Assembly (NCBI GenBank): GCA_963808625.1
Contig: CAWEHK010000010.1
Span: forward strand, 1 to 64,000
Length of the DNA: 64,000 nucleotides
Reading direction: 5' to 3'
DNA from: an uncultured delta proteobacterium
GTDB taxonomy: Bacteria; Desulfobacterota; Syntrophobacteria; Syntrophobacterales; Syntrophobacteraceae
The stretch's first letter is position 1; the number at the start of each line of letters is the position of its first letter. Positions 44,484 through 55,254 of the stretch are shown piece by piece. The notes under the pieces are model-generated. The model was not told where the DNA came from. It made no database searches and saw only the letters and a list, made by a program, of their open reading frames with translations. Position numbers and translations under genes: made by a program.

Positions 44484-45961
44484 ATGGCAAATCAAACCAT
44501 GATCATCAATGCGGTACATCCGGAAGAATTCCGGATCGCTATCGTTGAAGGGCAATCGCTGGAAGGTTTCTTCATCGAAACCGCAGCCCGCACCAAGATT
44601 TCCGGTAATCTCTACAAAGGCATTGTGACCCACGTCCAGCCCAGCCTGCAGGCCGCCTTCGTCAACTATGGCATGGACCGCAACGGCTTCCTTCCGCTGT
44701 CGGATATCCACCCGGAATACTTTCTCAATGAGGTGGAAGAACCGGTGAGGATTCAGGATGTGGTGCAGCCCGGCCAGCAAGTGCTCGTCCAGGTGGTCAA
44801 GGAGGAGATCGGCAGCAAAGGGGCCCTGCTCACAACCTATATTTCCCTGGCCGGTCGCGATGTGGTGTTGATGCCGGGACAGTCGCAACGGGGCGTATCC
44901 CGAAAAATCGAAGACGAAACCCAGCGCGAGCGGCTTGCGAACCCTGGTCAACGATCTCAGGATGCCGGAGGAATTTGGGGTGATTCTGCGCACGGCGGCA
45001 GAAACCGCACCAAGCGGGAAATCGTACAGGACTTCAACCATCTCATGAAGATCTGGGAGGAAATCAAGAAGCAGGTTGAAGACGCCCCGGCGCCGGCCCT
45101 TATTCACAAAGATCAGGACTTGGCCCTGAAAATCCTTCGCGACTATTTCAATCCCAACATCAAGACCATCCTGGTGGACGACCGGGAGGTTTTCAAGACG
45201 GTCAAAGAGTTCTTGCGCATCATCAGCCCGGCGCACCAGCGGGTCGTAAGATTTTACAAAGATGAGGGCCCGATCACCAACAAGTTCAATCTGGAAGACC
45301 AGATCGAACAGATCTTCCGCAAAAGGGTGCCGCTCAAATCGGGCGGCTCCCTGTTCATCGACAGCACCGAAGCCCTGGTGGCCATCGATGTCAACTCAGG
45401 GCGGACCAACGGCAACGGGGTGCTCGAAGAAATGGTCTACAAGGTCAATTTGGAAGCGGCCGCTGAAATCCCTCGCCAACTGCGCCTGCGAGACCTGGGA
45501 GGCCTGATCGTAATCGATTTTATCGATATGCGCGACAGTCGCCATTCGCGGGAAGTGGAACGCCGCTTCAAGGAAGAAATCAAGAAGGACAAGGCCAAGA
45601 TCACCGTGGGCCGGATTTCCCGCTTCGGATTGCTGGAGCTTTCGCGCCAGCATCTGGGGCTGAACATCATGCGCGGGTCTTTCGGCGAATGCCCGGTATG
45701 CCATGGGGTCGGCCTGGTCCGCTCCATCGAAGCCCTCGCTTTGAGTCATCTGCGCAAGATCTGGCTCACCCTCACCCACAAGAAAGCCGCCACGGTCAAG
45801 GCCACTCTCAACGTCGAGGTGGCCAACTACCTCCTCAATCAAAAGCGAAGCGATCTCATCCAACTCGAAGAACGTTACAAGACCAGCATCGCCATTGAAG
45901 GCTCCGCCGCCATTTTGCCCACGAGGGCCATGTGGAATACATCGCCGGGGAGACGATGTAA
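44484..45961 (+). CDS. Rne/Rng family ribonuclease
   Basis: GNLYKG; QAAFVNYG; IDVNSG; LRLRDLGGLIVIDFIDM; CPVC. Confidence 0.93.
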
Positions 45962-45963
45962 AA

Positions 45964-46106
45964 TACAGCTGCGCATGAATGAGTGTCCAATATCCAATCG
46001 TCATGCCCGCGAAGGCGGGCATCCAGGCTTTCTTTCTGGATTCCCGCCAGAAGCATGCGGGAATGACGGCTGGGAACAGATGGTCACTTTATTCTGTGGA
46101 GCGGTA
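45964..46106. mobile_element. MITE-like element, copy C, with a REP doublet
   Basis: TACAGCTGCGCATGAATGAGTGTCCA ... TGGTCACTTTATTCTGTGGAGCGGTA (17/26 inverted identity, TA at both ends). Confidence 0.7.
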
Positions 46107-46126
46107 CAGAGCGGCACTGAGCGCAA

Positions 46127-46808
46127 TTACACGATCACATAGCGCTTGATGGTGTGGACCACTTCATCCGGGTCATCGAGAACGCTGAAGAGGTCCAGAT
46201 CCTCTTCGGAAATGTAGTGGCGGGTCAAAAGCGTATTTCGAATCCAATCGGCGAGCCCGCTCCAGTAATCCTTGCCCGACCAGAATAACCGGGAAAGGGC
46301 TTGATGCGGTGGGTCTGAATGAGCGTCAGGGCTTCAAAGATCTCATCGAAGCGTGCCAAATCCCCCCGGCATCCCGATATAAGCCTGACCGTACTTGACG
46401 AACATGACCTTGCGCACGAAGAAATACTGAAAGTCGAGTTTGACATTGGCATAGGGATTGGGTTCCTGCTCCATGGGCAGCACGATATTCAGGCCGGCGG
46501 ACTTTGCTCCCCCTTCCCTGGCCCCTTTGTTTCCCGCCTCCATGATTCCGGGGCCACCTCCGGTGAGGACGTTGAAGCCGTTTTCTGCCAACTTCCTGGC
46601 GATGGTCACCGTTCTTTCGTAGATTTCGTCGCCGGGCTTGACCCGGGCCGACCCGAAAATGGTAACGGCAGGGTAGATCTCCGCCAGTGTTTCAAAACCA
46701 TCCACCAACTCGGCAAGGATCTTGAAAAGCCGCCAGGAATCATTGACGGTTATGGCATCGACGAGATATTGTTTTTCCGGCGATTTCCGGTGTCCTTCTC
46801 CCTCGCAT
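46127..46808 (-). CDS. LOG/TIGR00730 family protein (indels)
   Basis: VTIFGSAR; TGGGPGIMEA; FFVRKVMF; PGGFGTL. Confidence 0.9.
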
Positions 46809-47126
46809 GATCAGCCCCTAGGCACGTTGAAGAGCAAGGATAACTCTTTCGTAGAGTGCACTCAAAAGAGGCGGTATTATACAGGAGAATAGGGCTGAGG
46901 GAATGAGGAACATCGAAAGGCCGCAGGCAGTGCGGACAGCGGTGCGCCCGCGCGGAATGCTCTTGCAGCGGCAAGGTTCCGGAAAAAGTGATTGAATCCC
47001 TTAAGAAAATAAGCTATTAGCCCGTGGAAAACGAGACTGTGCTCCTACAATACGAACATAAGACTTCTACGGCTTTCCTCGAGAGAAGGAAGTCAGGTTT
47101 CTTTGGATAAGCGGAGGCCATTTGCC

Positions 47127-47398
47127 ATGGAGATGAAGGTTTTTGTGAAGGCGGCCCTGAAAAAGGTCAGCCAAAAAGTCGCTGACGGAAGTCTTGGACA
47201 AACACGAAGAAGGATATGACGACGCCGGAAGAGATGCTGCTGGACTGGATCTGGATCGAGCTCAAAGAAGAATCTCCGGATAAGGATGCCGTCATCTCTA
47301 TGGAACTGGACGATCTCTATGAGATCATCGAAAGTTCGGCCGACATTTACGAGGACTACCAGATCCTTTTGGAGACGATTCGCTCGGGGAACGGTTGA
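47127..47398 (+). CDS. Small acidic hypothetical protein (indels)
   Basis: RBS GGAGG; EEMLLDWIWIELKEE; followed by a terminator. Confidence 0.55.
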
Positions 47399-47424
47399 TG
47401 AAAATATTATCGGCAATACTTCTC

Positions 47425-47454
47425 AGCGCCTGTTATCGGGCGCTTTTTTTGTTT
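47425..47454 (+). terminator. Intrinsic terminator
   Basis: AGCGCC-N8-GGCGCT followed by a T tract. Confidence 0.75.
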
Positions 47455-47470
47455 GAGAAATTTGAGAAAA

Positions 47471-48653
47471 ATGATGAAAAGTAATCTCAAGCGCATCGAT
47501 CTTGTCCCCGGCCGAGAAAGGCGTCTGCTGCAAGGACACCGCTGGGTCTTCAGCAATGAAATCTCGACGACCGTCACAATTCGAACCGGGAAGCTGGGTG
47601 ACCGTCTATTCCAGCAAGGGGGTTTGCCTCGGAGCGGGATATGTCAATCCCCATTCCCTCATCGCCGTCCGACTGGTCTGCCCCCCGCACCAGGAGCCAT
47701 CCGAAGACTTCTTTCGGCATCTCGTGAAGAAAGCGGCAGCGCGCCGCCAGACCATGGTTCTACCCGGATTCCTCCTGTGCCCGGGTGGTCTATGGTGAAG
47801 CAGACGGTCTGCCGGGCTTGATCGTAGATCGCTACGGTGAAGTGCTGGTTTACCAGATCACCACCTTGGGAATGGCGTTGATGGAGGACCTGGTTAAAGG
47901 AAATACTACTCGATCTGTTCCACCCAAAGCCCTGGTTTATCGCCACGACACTCCCGTGCGCACGCTCGAAGGACTGCCGCTGGACAAGGGGATTGCCTAC
48001 GGTGAGGTTCCTGATCCGTGCTGGATCGAAATTGACGGAATTGAATTCTGTGATCGATCCCCTGAACGGCCAAAAAACCGGGTTTTACCTTGACCAGCGC
48101 GATAACCGCCAGGTCCTCCGCCGCTGGGCAAAAGGCAAGAGGGTGCTCGATCTGTTTTGTTACAATGGAGCATGGGGCCTGTCAGCGGCACCGCAGGAGC
48201 AAAGGAAGTACTCGGGGTGGATCAATCGTCCGAGGGCGTCATGCTGGCCCGGAGAGCGCCGCCAGCAACAACCTCGAGAACATCTGCCGGTTTCAGGAAG
48301 AGGAGGTCTTTTATTTTCTTAAGACCCTCAAGAAGGGAACCTTCGACATCATCGTCCTGGACCCGCCCGCCTTCGCCAAAACCAAGAGCGCCATTCCGCA
48401 GGCCATAAAGGGTTACACCGACCTCAATCGCCGAGCCATGCTGGCTTTGGAGCCCGGGGGGATGCTGGTCACCTGCTCCTGTTCTTATCATTTGACGAGG
48501 AAATGTTTCGAGAAGTGCTGCATAAAGGCCGCGCAGGCAAGCGGGAGGCAATTGCGGGTGCTCGAAGCCCGCGGCCAGGCAATGGATCATCCCGTGCTCC
48601 TGGCCATGCCTGAAACCCGCTATCTCAAGTGCACCTTCCTGGAAGTACTCTAA
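47471..48653 (+). CDS. RlmI-like class I SAM rRNA methyltransferase (several indels)
   Basis: GHRWVFSNE; DGLPGLIVDRY; GQKTGFYLDQR; LDPPAF; ETRYLK. Confidence 0.88.
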
Positions 48654-48657
48654 CCGG

Positions 48658-49378
48658 CTAATTCTTCAAATAGCCTTCGAGCGCCTTTTGGTTGAACCCG
48701 GACATTTTTATGCCGTTCCCCAGTATGATCAGTGGGGTCCCTGAGACACCAAGCTGGGTCGCCAGGGCTTTGTGCTTTTGGAGCATCTTCTCGCCCGATT
48801 CACATTTGTCGACCGTCAAGGGTTTATCGGCATGAGCGAGATCGAGGGCTGCTTCCGGATTGCTGTCACAGAGAATCTTTATGCTTTTTTCGGTAGCGTT
48901 CGGGTGCATATCAAGAGGGAACAGGAAGACATAAAGCGTATAGTCGGTCTGGGTTTTGAGCCAGTCGTAGGCTTTCTTGCAGTAGGGGCAGTCGACATCG
49001 GTGATCAGGTAGAGCGGCTTTGCTCCGCTTCCCTTCTTGATGACGATGGCATCCTTGAGGGGCAACTTGGAGACGTCCACCTTGTTGACCTCGTCATAGC
49101 GATCCTTGGTCAGATTTACCTTGTCCTTGTTGATCAGACTCCCCCCCGTAAGCATATAGGAACCGTCTTTGGTGATGTAGACGATCTGCTTATCTCTCCC
49201 GGGCATTGAGGCAACGACCTCATAGAGATTTCCCAAGTCCTTGACCGTCTCCACGGAGACCTGGTCGGTAAAGATGGATTTCACGATCGGCATGTGCTTT
49301 AACCTTGGCCGCAAGATCTGCCGCGTGGAGTGGTGAAGCAAGCGCCAGCAGCAGGAGTACGAGTAATGCTCTTTTCAT
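48658..49378 (-). CDS. DsbC-family thiol:disulfide isomerase (indel after the signal peptide)
   Basis: TDVDCPYC; GVSGTP; dimerisation domain; signal peptide. Confidence 0.88.
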
Positions 49379-49466
49379 TCTAGGCTCCTTGAATTGACTC
49401 TGAAAAAAACCGTTGACCGTTCTGCCATAACATCCGGCGCGCACTGACCCGCAAAGCTCCGCTTGG

Positions 49467-49635
49467 TACAGCACCACAGCATAAAGTGACCATAAGCCAA
49501 GAACGTCATTCCCGCATGCTCCCCGCCGAAAGCCTGCGGGGACAAGCTTTGGCGGGAATCCAGAAGAAAAGCCTGGATGCCCGCCTTCGCGGGCATGACG
49601 GGCCGGTATGGGACACCATTTATGTGGAGCTGCTA
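49467..49635. mobile_element. MITE-like element, copy D (inverted relative to C), with a nested hairpin
   Basis: TACAGCACCACAGCATAAAGTGACCA ... GGACACCATTTATGTGGAGCTGCTA; core nearly identical to the reverse complement of copy C. Confidence 0.7.
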
Positions 49636-49926
49636 CTTTGGTTCATCCGCCTCCCTGCAGGCGCATGCGGTGTCGGTGCAAATCGGCGTCCCGGCCGGAC
49701 AAGATCTGCGCTTTCCCCCGTCATGCGGTGCGTGCAGCTGCATCTCATAACATAAAGGTCAATGCGAAGCTACCGTAACCATGCCAATCGGCCCCAGAAT
49801 TATGGCCATCCCATCCGGCACCAGGCCCGGCCTCATGTCGCCAGGCCGGAGGCCGCCCCGGCAGCGTCACCGGAATTGCTGACGAACCGTGGGAATCTCC
49901 CGTTCTCGCCCGCTTCATGGCTGGGT

Positions 49927-51090
49927 TCAGGCCTCGCCTCGGGCGGGGTATTGCAGCAGGAGACTGATGAGGAAACCGGCGACGGGCAGGGCCCCGATGC
50001 ACTGCAGGGCAAAGGGAACTCCGAAATGGTCCGCAATGACCCCCAGGAGCGTCACCCCTATCCCTCCGGCCCCGATGGCAAAACCAACGAGGAGGCCCGA
50101 AGCGACGCCGAGGTTTCCCGGCAGGAGATTCTGCCCCATCACCACCGTCACCGAAAAGGTGGAGATGAGGATCATGCCGAGCAAGGTCACCGTGGCCAGG
50201 AGCATGAAGCCCTGAAAGTAGAAGATAAAGGGGAACAGAACCGCGCTCCCGAGCATGGATAACCGCAGCCAGAACCGGTGGCCCCATCGGTCGGCGAGGG
50301 GAGAGCCCGCCAGCGTCCCGAAGACGCCGCCCAGAAGAAGCATGCTGACAAGTTTTCCCGCAACGACCGGGTCCCCCTTGAGGAAATCGATGTAGTAAAA
50401 AGGGATATAGGTCATAAGGCCCATCTGTGTCCAGGTTCTCATGACAATCACGCAGATGAGAATGAAGATTGCGCGGTAGGCGCCCTCGGGTTGCTGGAGC
50501 GTGGCTTTGGACCTGGCCGACGCCTCGGCCTTGGGAATGGCAACCGTTTTGCGGAAGATGATGATCGCAATGGTGAAGACCAGGGACGGGAGAACCATCC
50601 AGGGCAGCGAGGAAAACCCGAGGTAGTTGACGATCGAGAGCGCGAGAATCGGACCCAGTGCCATCCCCGCATTTCCGCCTACCGAAAAGACGGACATGCC
50701 GGTTGCCATTCTCTCGCCGGTAAAGAAACGCGCGGTTTTGAATCCTTCGGGATGATACGAGGCGATTCCCAGGCCGCTCACGGCAACCAGAAGCAGGATC
50801 ACGAAGTAATTCTGAGTCGTTGCCAGCAGGGAGAAACCCACTCCGGCAAGAAACACGCCCAGGGGCAGCAGAAAAGCCTTTTCCTTTTTGTCCGAAAGAA
50901 ACCCGAAGAGCGGCTGGACCACGGAGGAAGTGATATTGCCAACGATGAGAATCATGCCCGTTACGGTGTAAGAAAGCCCCAGGTTTTCCTTAAGGAAAGG
51001 CAGAATGGCCGGGAGCGCACCCTGGTAGGTGTCGACGACCATATGGCCACAGGAAAGGAGGAGAAGGACCTTGAGGTTAAACTTAGTCAC
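49927..51090 (-). CDS. MFS transporter (Fsr-like)
   Basis: GHMVVD; QPLFGFLSD; YHPEG; SVGGNAG; LADRWG. Confidence 0.9.
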   Translation of the reverse strand: MTKFNLKVLLLLSCGHMVVDTYQGALPAILPFLKENLGLSYTVTGMILIVGNITSSVVQPLFGFLSDKKEKAFLLPLGVFLAGVGFSLLATTQNYFVILLLVAVSGLGIASYHPEGFKTARFFTGERMATGMSVFSVGGNAGMALGPILALSIVNYLGFSSLPWMVLPSLVFTIAIIIFRKTVAIPKAEASARSKATLQQPEGAYRAIFILICVIVMRTWTQMGLMTYIPFYYIDFLKGDPVVAGKLVSMLLLGGVFGTLAGSPLADRWGHRFWLRLSMLGSAVLFPFIFYFQGFMLLATVTLLGMILISTFSVTVVMGQNLLPGNLGVASGLLVGFAIGAGGIGVTLLGVIADHFGVPFALQCIGALPVAGFLISLLLQYPARGEA

Positions 51091-51158
51091 TATTGCGGTT
51101 GATAGTTGAGAGTTGATGGTTGATGGCTGATGGTTAGGAGGAGAAGGACCTTGAGGTT
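51056..51158. repeat. 23-bp direct repeat flanking a degenerate 7-nt (GTTGATG) array
   Basis: AGGAGGAGAAGGACCTTGAGGTT at 51056 and 51136. Confidence 0.9.
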
Positions 51159-51307
51159 GACCTCGGTCGCTCTCCCCATGGCAGCCCTAAAGGATGGCGA
51201 TTTCTCCAATCCGCCGTCACGGCTTCCAAGGGTCATGAATGGCACTTGCTCACTCCGGCCTCTGAAAATTCTCTTTCGCCTCGCCGGTTCCCGAGCTCCA
51301 GTTCGTT

Positions 51308-51349
51308 GGTTCGCTGGTTCCCAAGCTCCAGCTTGGGAACCAGCGAACC
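51308..51349. repeat. Perfect 20-bp inverted repeat (REP-like), with a partial extra copy at 51286
   Basis: GGTTCGCTGGTTCCCAAGCT-cc-AGCTTGGGAACCAGCGAACC. Confidence 0.85.
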
Positions 51350-51353
51350 CCGG

Positions 51354-52916
51354 TCACAGCAGCGGCATCCAGCTCTCCTCGTCGGTGAATTCCGAGATGG
51401 CGGGCTCCCCTCGCAGGTGCTCCAACTTATTCAGACCATCAATGAGCGCCTTGGCGCTGGCCAGGACGATGTCGGAAGCCACGGCCCGTCCGTTCACCAC
51501 CAGGCCGCCCTCTTCCAGGCGCAGGGTAACCGCGCCTTGAGCATCGCTGCCGGGGGTCGCGGCAGTGACTTCATACTGGGTTAGCTTAGGATTGCGGCCG
51601 GTCATTTTAAAGATGGTCCGGAAAGCAGCATCCACCGGTCCGTTGCCAAATCCGGAATCGTTCAGCACCTGCCCTTCCACTTCCAGTTGCACCGAGGCAT
51701 TGGGGACCGAGATCGAGCCGGCGGCAACGCTGAGATGCTGGAGCCGGAAGCGCGGGGCGCCGGAAGGAAGTCTTGAGCTGATAAGGAGCTCGAGGTCGGC
51801 ATCGAAGACATTTTCCTTCTTTTCCGTGAACTCCTTGAAGTCGGCATAAAGTTCCTGGAGTTGGGCGCCTTCGAACGCGTACCCCAATTCTCCAAGGCGG
51901 TTTTGAAACTGTTCCAGGCTGGTGCCGGCGGTGAGGGTGTCACCCGTCAGTTGAATCCCCAGCTTCTCCGGCTGCAAGGTCCCATAAGGAGGTTTCTCCT
52001 CGGTGTCGGACAGTTGCGGCACCATCACTTCGTGGACGAAAGCATTCTCTCCCACCACCGCCTTGTGTGGCCCCAGGTTGATCCCGGTGAGAAGCCTTAC
52101 CAGGCGGCTTGCCGGATAGACCTGGTTGAGCCGGATGCCCAATTGCGCGTCAAATTGGTCGGCATGGACGCTCAACACCGCTGCCAATTCTTCCAGGCGT
52201 GCGTTGCCGGCTCTTTCCCCGATGCCATTGACGGTGCAATGCACCTGGCCGGCCCCGGCGGTTATGGCGGCAAGGGAATTGGCCATAGCCAGGCCCAAAT
52301 CATTGTGGCAGTGCACGCTGAACACAACCTGGTCAAACTGCGCCACCTGATCACGCAAATGCGCGAAGAGCCTGCTAACATCAGCGGGGGTAGCGTAGCC
52401 CACGGTGTCCGCCAGGTTGATGGTCGTGGCCCCTGCTGCCGCCAGTGCAGCCACCAGCTCGACCACTCTCTGCGGGTCGGCGCGGAAGGCATCCATCAGG
52501 GAGAATTCCACGTCCGCGGTGTACTGTTTCGCTTGCTGGACGGCGAAAACTGCGAGCGCCACGGTCTCGGCTGCGGTCTTTTTCAGGAAATGATCCCGGT
52601 ACTCGCGCGACGCCGGTACCACCGTGTGAATTCGCGGAAGAGGTCGCTCCTTTATCGCTTTCCATGCGATCTCGAAATCTCGGGGATTGGTGGCGCGGGC
52701 AAAAACGGCAAGGATCGGACCTTCGACCTCCCCGGCGATGCGTTCGGCCGCTTCAAACTGTTCCTGAGAAGCCGCCGGAAAACCAATTTCCAGCACATCG
52801 ACCTGGAGCCGCGCAAGCTGTTTGGCGAGGCGAACCTTCTCGTCAATGCTCAGGATCGCCCCGGGCGATTTCAGGCCGTCACGGAGGGTCGTGTCAAAGA
52901 TTAGAATCTTCCGCAT
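51354..52916 (-). CDS. leuA: 2-isopropylmalate synthase-like protein, divergent
   Basis: [30 protein letters not shown]; regulatory domain GNGPVDA. Confidence 0.75.
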   Translation of the reverse strand: MRKILIFDTTLRDGLKSPGAILSIDEKVRLAKQLARLQVDVLEIGFPAASQEQFEAAERIAGEVEGPILAVFARATNPRDFEIAWKAIKERPLPRIHTVVPASREYRDHFLKKTAAETVALAVFAVQQAKQYTADVEFSLMDAFRADPQRVVELVAALAAAGATTINLADTVGYATPADVSRLFAHLRDQVAQFDQVVFSVHCHNDLGLAMANSLAAITAGAGQVHCTVNGIGERAGNARLEELAAVLSVHADQFDAQLGIRLNQVYPASRLVRLLTGINLGPHKAVVGENAFVHEVMVPQLSDTEEKPPYGTLQPEKLGIQLTGDTLTAGTSLEQFQNRLGELGYAFEGAQLQELYADFKEFTEKKENVFDADLELLISSRLPSGAPRFRLQHLSVAAGSISVPNASVQLEVEGQVLNDSGFGNGPVDAAFRTIFKMTGRNPKLTQYEVTAATPGSDAQGAVTLRLEEGGLVVNGRAVASDIVLASAKALIDGLNKLEHLRGEPAISEFTDEESWMPLL

Positions 52917-53114
52917 TGGCTGCTCCTTGCATGGAAACAACGATTCCATGTCATGATTGTCTAAATTTATTTATCTGATTTTGGAAACTTCCATGGCGTT
53001 TTACGAAGATAGTTACAGCAGGCCGGAACCTTGTCAACTTTTTTTTGCCTGGGGTTCACCGGTTCATTTTTTCTTGGCCATGAATTCCTTCGGTGACGAT
53101 TCGCGTCACCCTCC

Positions 53115-53182
53115 GTGGAGCAGGCTTTCCAGCCTGTCGGCCGGCTCAGGGAGACTCAGGCAGGCTGGAAAGCCTGCCCTAC
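53115..53182. repeat. GTGG/GTAG REP doublet
   Basis: GTGGAGCAGGCTTTCCAGCCTG ... CAGGCTGGAAAGCCTGCCCTAC. Confidence 0.75.
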
Positions 53183-53339
53183 ATAATCAATTTTGTGAAG
53201 TTCCTTGGCGAAAAATTTGTATAATGCTTTTTCTGAGGCCTTTCCAAATGGTCTCAGATGGTTACGGCCGGCTTGCCGATGATGATCAGCAAGCCGAAGG
53301 AAAAGGTTCCCCTTACAAGGCATCGATCACACGTGAAAA

Positions 53340-53968
53340 TGAATTCGGAAAAAAACCTTGGAGACCGCAGCGAGAAAGAGAAAACTTCGACCCATCAAGG
53401 CCTCGTCAATTTTTTCTTCGAGCTGGGCATGCTCAAGCGGACGCCCCGTTCCGGCTTTCAGTTCCTGAGATCAGGGCAGGAATCGGTGGCTGAGCATTCT
53501 TATCGGGTGACGCTCATCGGCTTCACTCTGGCGCGCCTTACACCGGACGCCGACCCCTTCAGAGTGGTCAGTCTTTGCCTCTTTCACGACGTCCCGGAGG
53601 CCCGGACGGGCGACCTCAATTATGTCAACAAACAATATGTTACGGTTCATGAACAGGAAGCCATCAACGATCTTGCCAAAACGCTCCCCTTCGGTGAGGA
53701 CTTCCGCGCGGCGCTGGCCGAGTACCGGGCGCAGGAAACCATCGAGGCCAGGCTTGCCCACGATGCCGACCAACTGGACCTCATCCTCGAACTGAAAGAG
53801 CAGAATGACCTCGGGAACGTGTATGCGGATCAGTGGATCCATTTCGCCCAGAAACGGCTCGTGACCGGCATTGGCAAGGAACTGGCCGCGCAGATCCTGG
53901 CCACCGATTCCACTGCCTGGTGGTTTGAAGGCCACGATCACTGGTGGCACAAGAATCAGGAAGGCTGA
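53340..53968 (+). CDS. HD-domain hydrolase (YfbR-like)
   Basis: LKRTPRSG; ESVAEHS; LFHDVPEARTGD; HDADQLD. Confidence 0.9.
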
Positions 53969-54345
53969 TCCCGTTTGCGCCGGTCCGCAAGGGAAACGAC
54001 CTTGCCTCTCCCCTTTGATTTGGCCGCCTCGCCCGTGGGCTCCAGCGGGGCCGCGGGTCCCTGGATCGCAGTGGGTTCCCCAGACTTGGATTCAACCGTT
54101 TCTTCGATCTCTTCGGGGGAGACCACCTTGACCATTCTCACCGGGCGTCCTCCCATGGTGAACTCGTCGCCCTCGATATAGGCCCGCCTCAAGATCCAGG
54201 TGGCCACCACCAGCGGCATCTGCAGGATGAGCAGCTTCACCTGGTACCAATGCGGTTTCAAGTCCGGCCGGATCATTTCGACACGGGCAAAAAAGGCCGG
54301 ATTGCCTTCAATATACACGAGCACCAGATCACCTGGCTGAACCAT
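53956..54345 (-). CDS. Hypothetical protein
   Basis: RBS GAGAGG; clean ORF. Confidence 0.7.
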   Translation of the reverse strand: MVQPGDLVLVYIEGNPAFFARVEMIRPDLKPHWYQVKLLILQMPLVVATWILRRAYIEGDEFTMGGRPVRMVKVVSPEEIEETVESKSGEPTAIQGPAAPLEPTGEAAKSKGRGKVVSLADRRKRDQPS

Positions 54346-54754
54346 GGGCTTTTCCTCTCATACGTCCACAGAATAAAGCCGCCGAAAACATGTCGGATCT
54401 GCCCCACCTTGGCGAGGGGCAACCCATCGCATTAAGCATTCGGGTGGTGCGTTAACGCGCTACGGTTCGCATGATAGCACTTACTGAGCCGCTGCACAAT
54501 GCGGGGTTGAACCATACCGCTGGATACCACGATTTGAAGATAGGATTGCGAGGGCTTCGAGTGAGCGCTTATCGCGAGGAGACCTGCATGTGATCGTGGA
54601 TAACCAATCCGCCCGCCAGCACAAGAAGCCGTTATCTCATCTATCGGCAGCCTCGCGGATGATCACCGGTTGCATCCGGTACCGGCATGAACGTGTCATC
54701 CTGATCCGTGGTTCCACCTGCCGACATGTGGTTGGTCGTACTACTGCAATGATT

Positions 54755-55254
54755 TCATTCCAATGTTTTGCGCAAAAGGATTTCGTCCGAGCCGGAGCTT
54801 ATCAGGTCGGGCAAGGAGACCAACTCGGAGAAGCCGAGGGACCGATAGAATGAACGGGCGCCCGCGTTGAACGACGAAGTGAGATCCAGATATTCGGTGC
54901 GGCTTTGGGACATTGCGCCTGGAGCCATGAGATGATCTCACGGCCAAGGCCACGCCTTTGGTGCTCATCGAGCACGGCCAGCAACTCCAGGCAGGGGCCT
55001 CGAAGCCATGGGTAGCGCACGCAAACCAATCCCTTTACCGTTGGCCCGACAAAGACGACAAAACGATACAGAGCGGGATCAGGCCGGAGCAGGTACTGCA
55101 GCAGCCCTTCAGCGCTGTATCCAAGGGTCAGCCAGGGATCCATCGCGGCAAGTTGGTTGCTGAGGGGCCCAGCTTCGTTCTCTGTCAAAGAGGCCAGAGG
55201 GCATGATGGTAACTGGTATAACGTCTCAGAGAACGGTGCCGTAATAAATGTCAT
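54755..55254 (-). CDS. GNAT acetyltransferase (indel near 54880)
   Basis: LAVLDEHQRRGLG; corrected end SFNARARSFYRSLGF. Confidence 0.82.

Noticed and set aside
45900..46142. Long C-terminal extension of Rne/Rng
   Set aside because: Read-through into MITE copy C after a probable indel.
49927..51090. Fosmidomycin-resistance link between the Fsr-like MFS and dxr
   Set aside because: The genes are 38 kb apart and the family has broad specificity.
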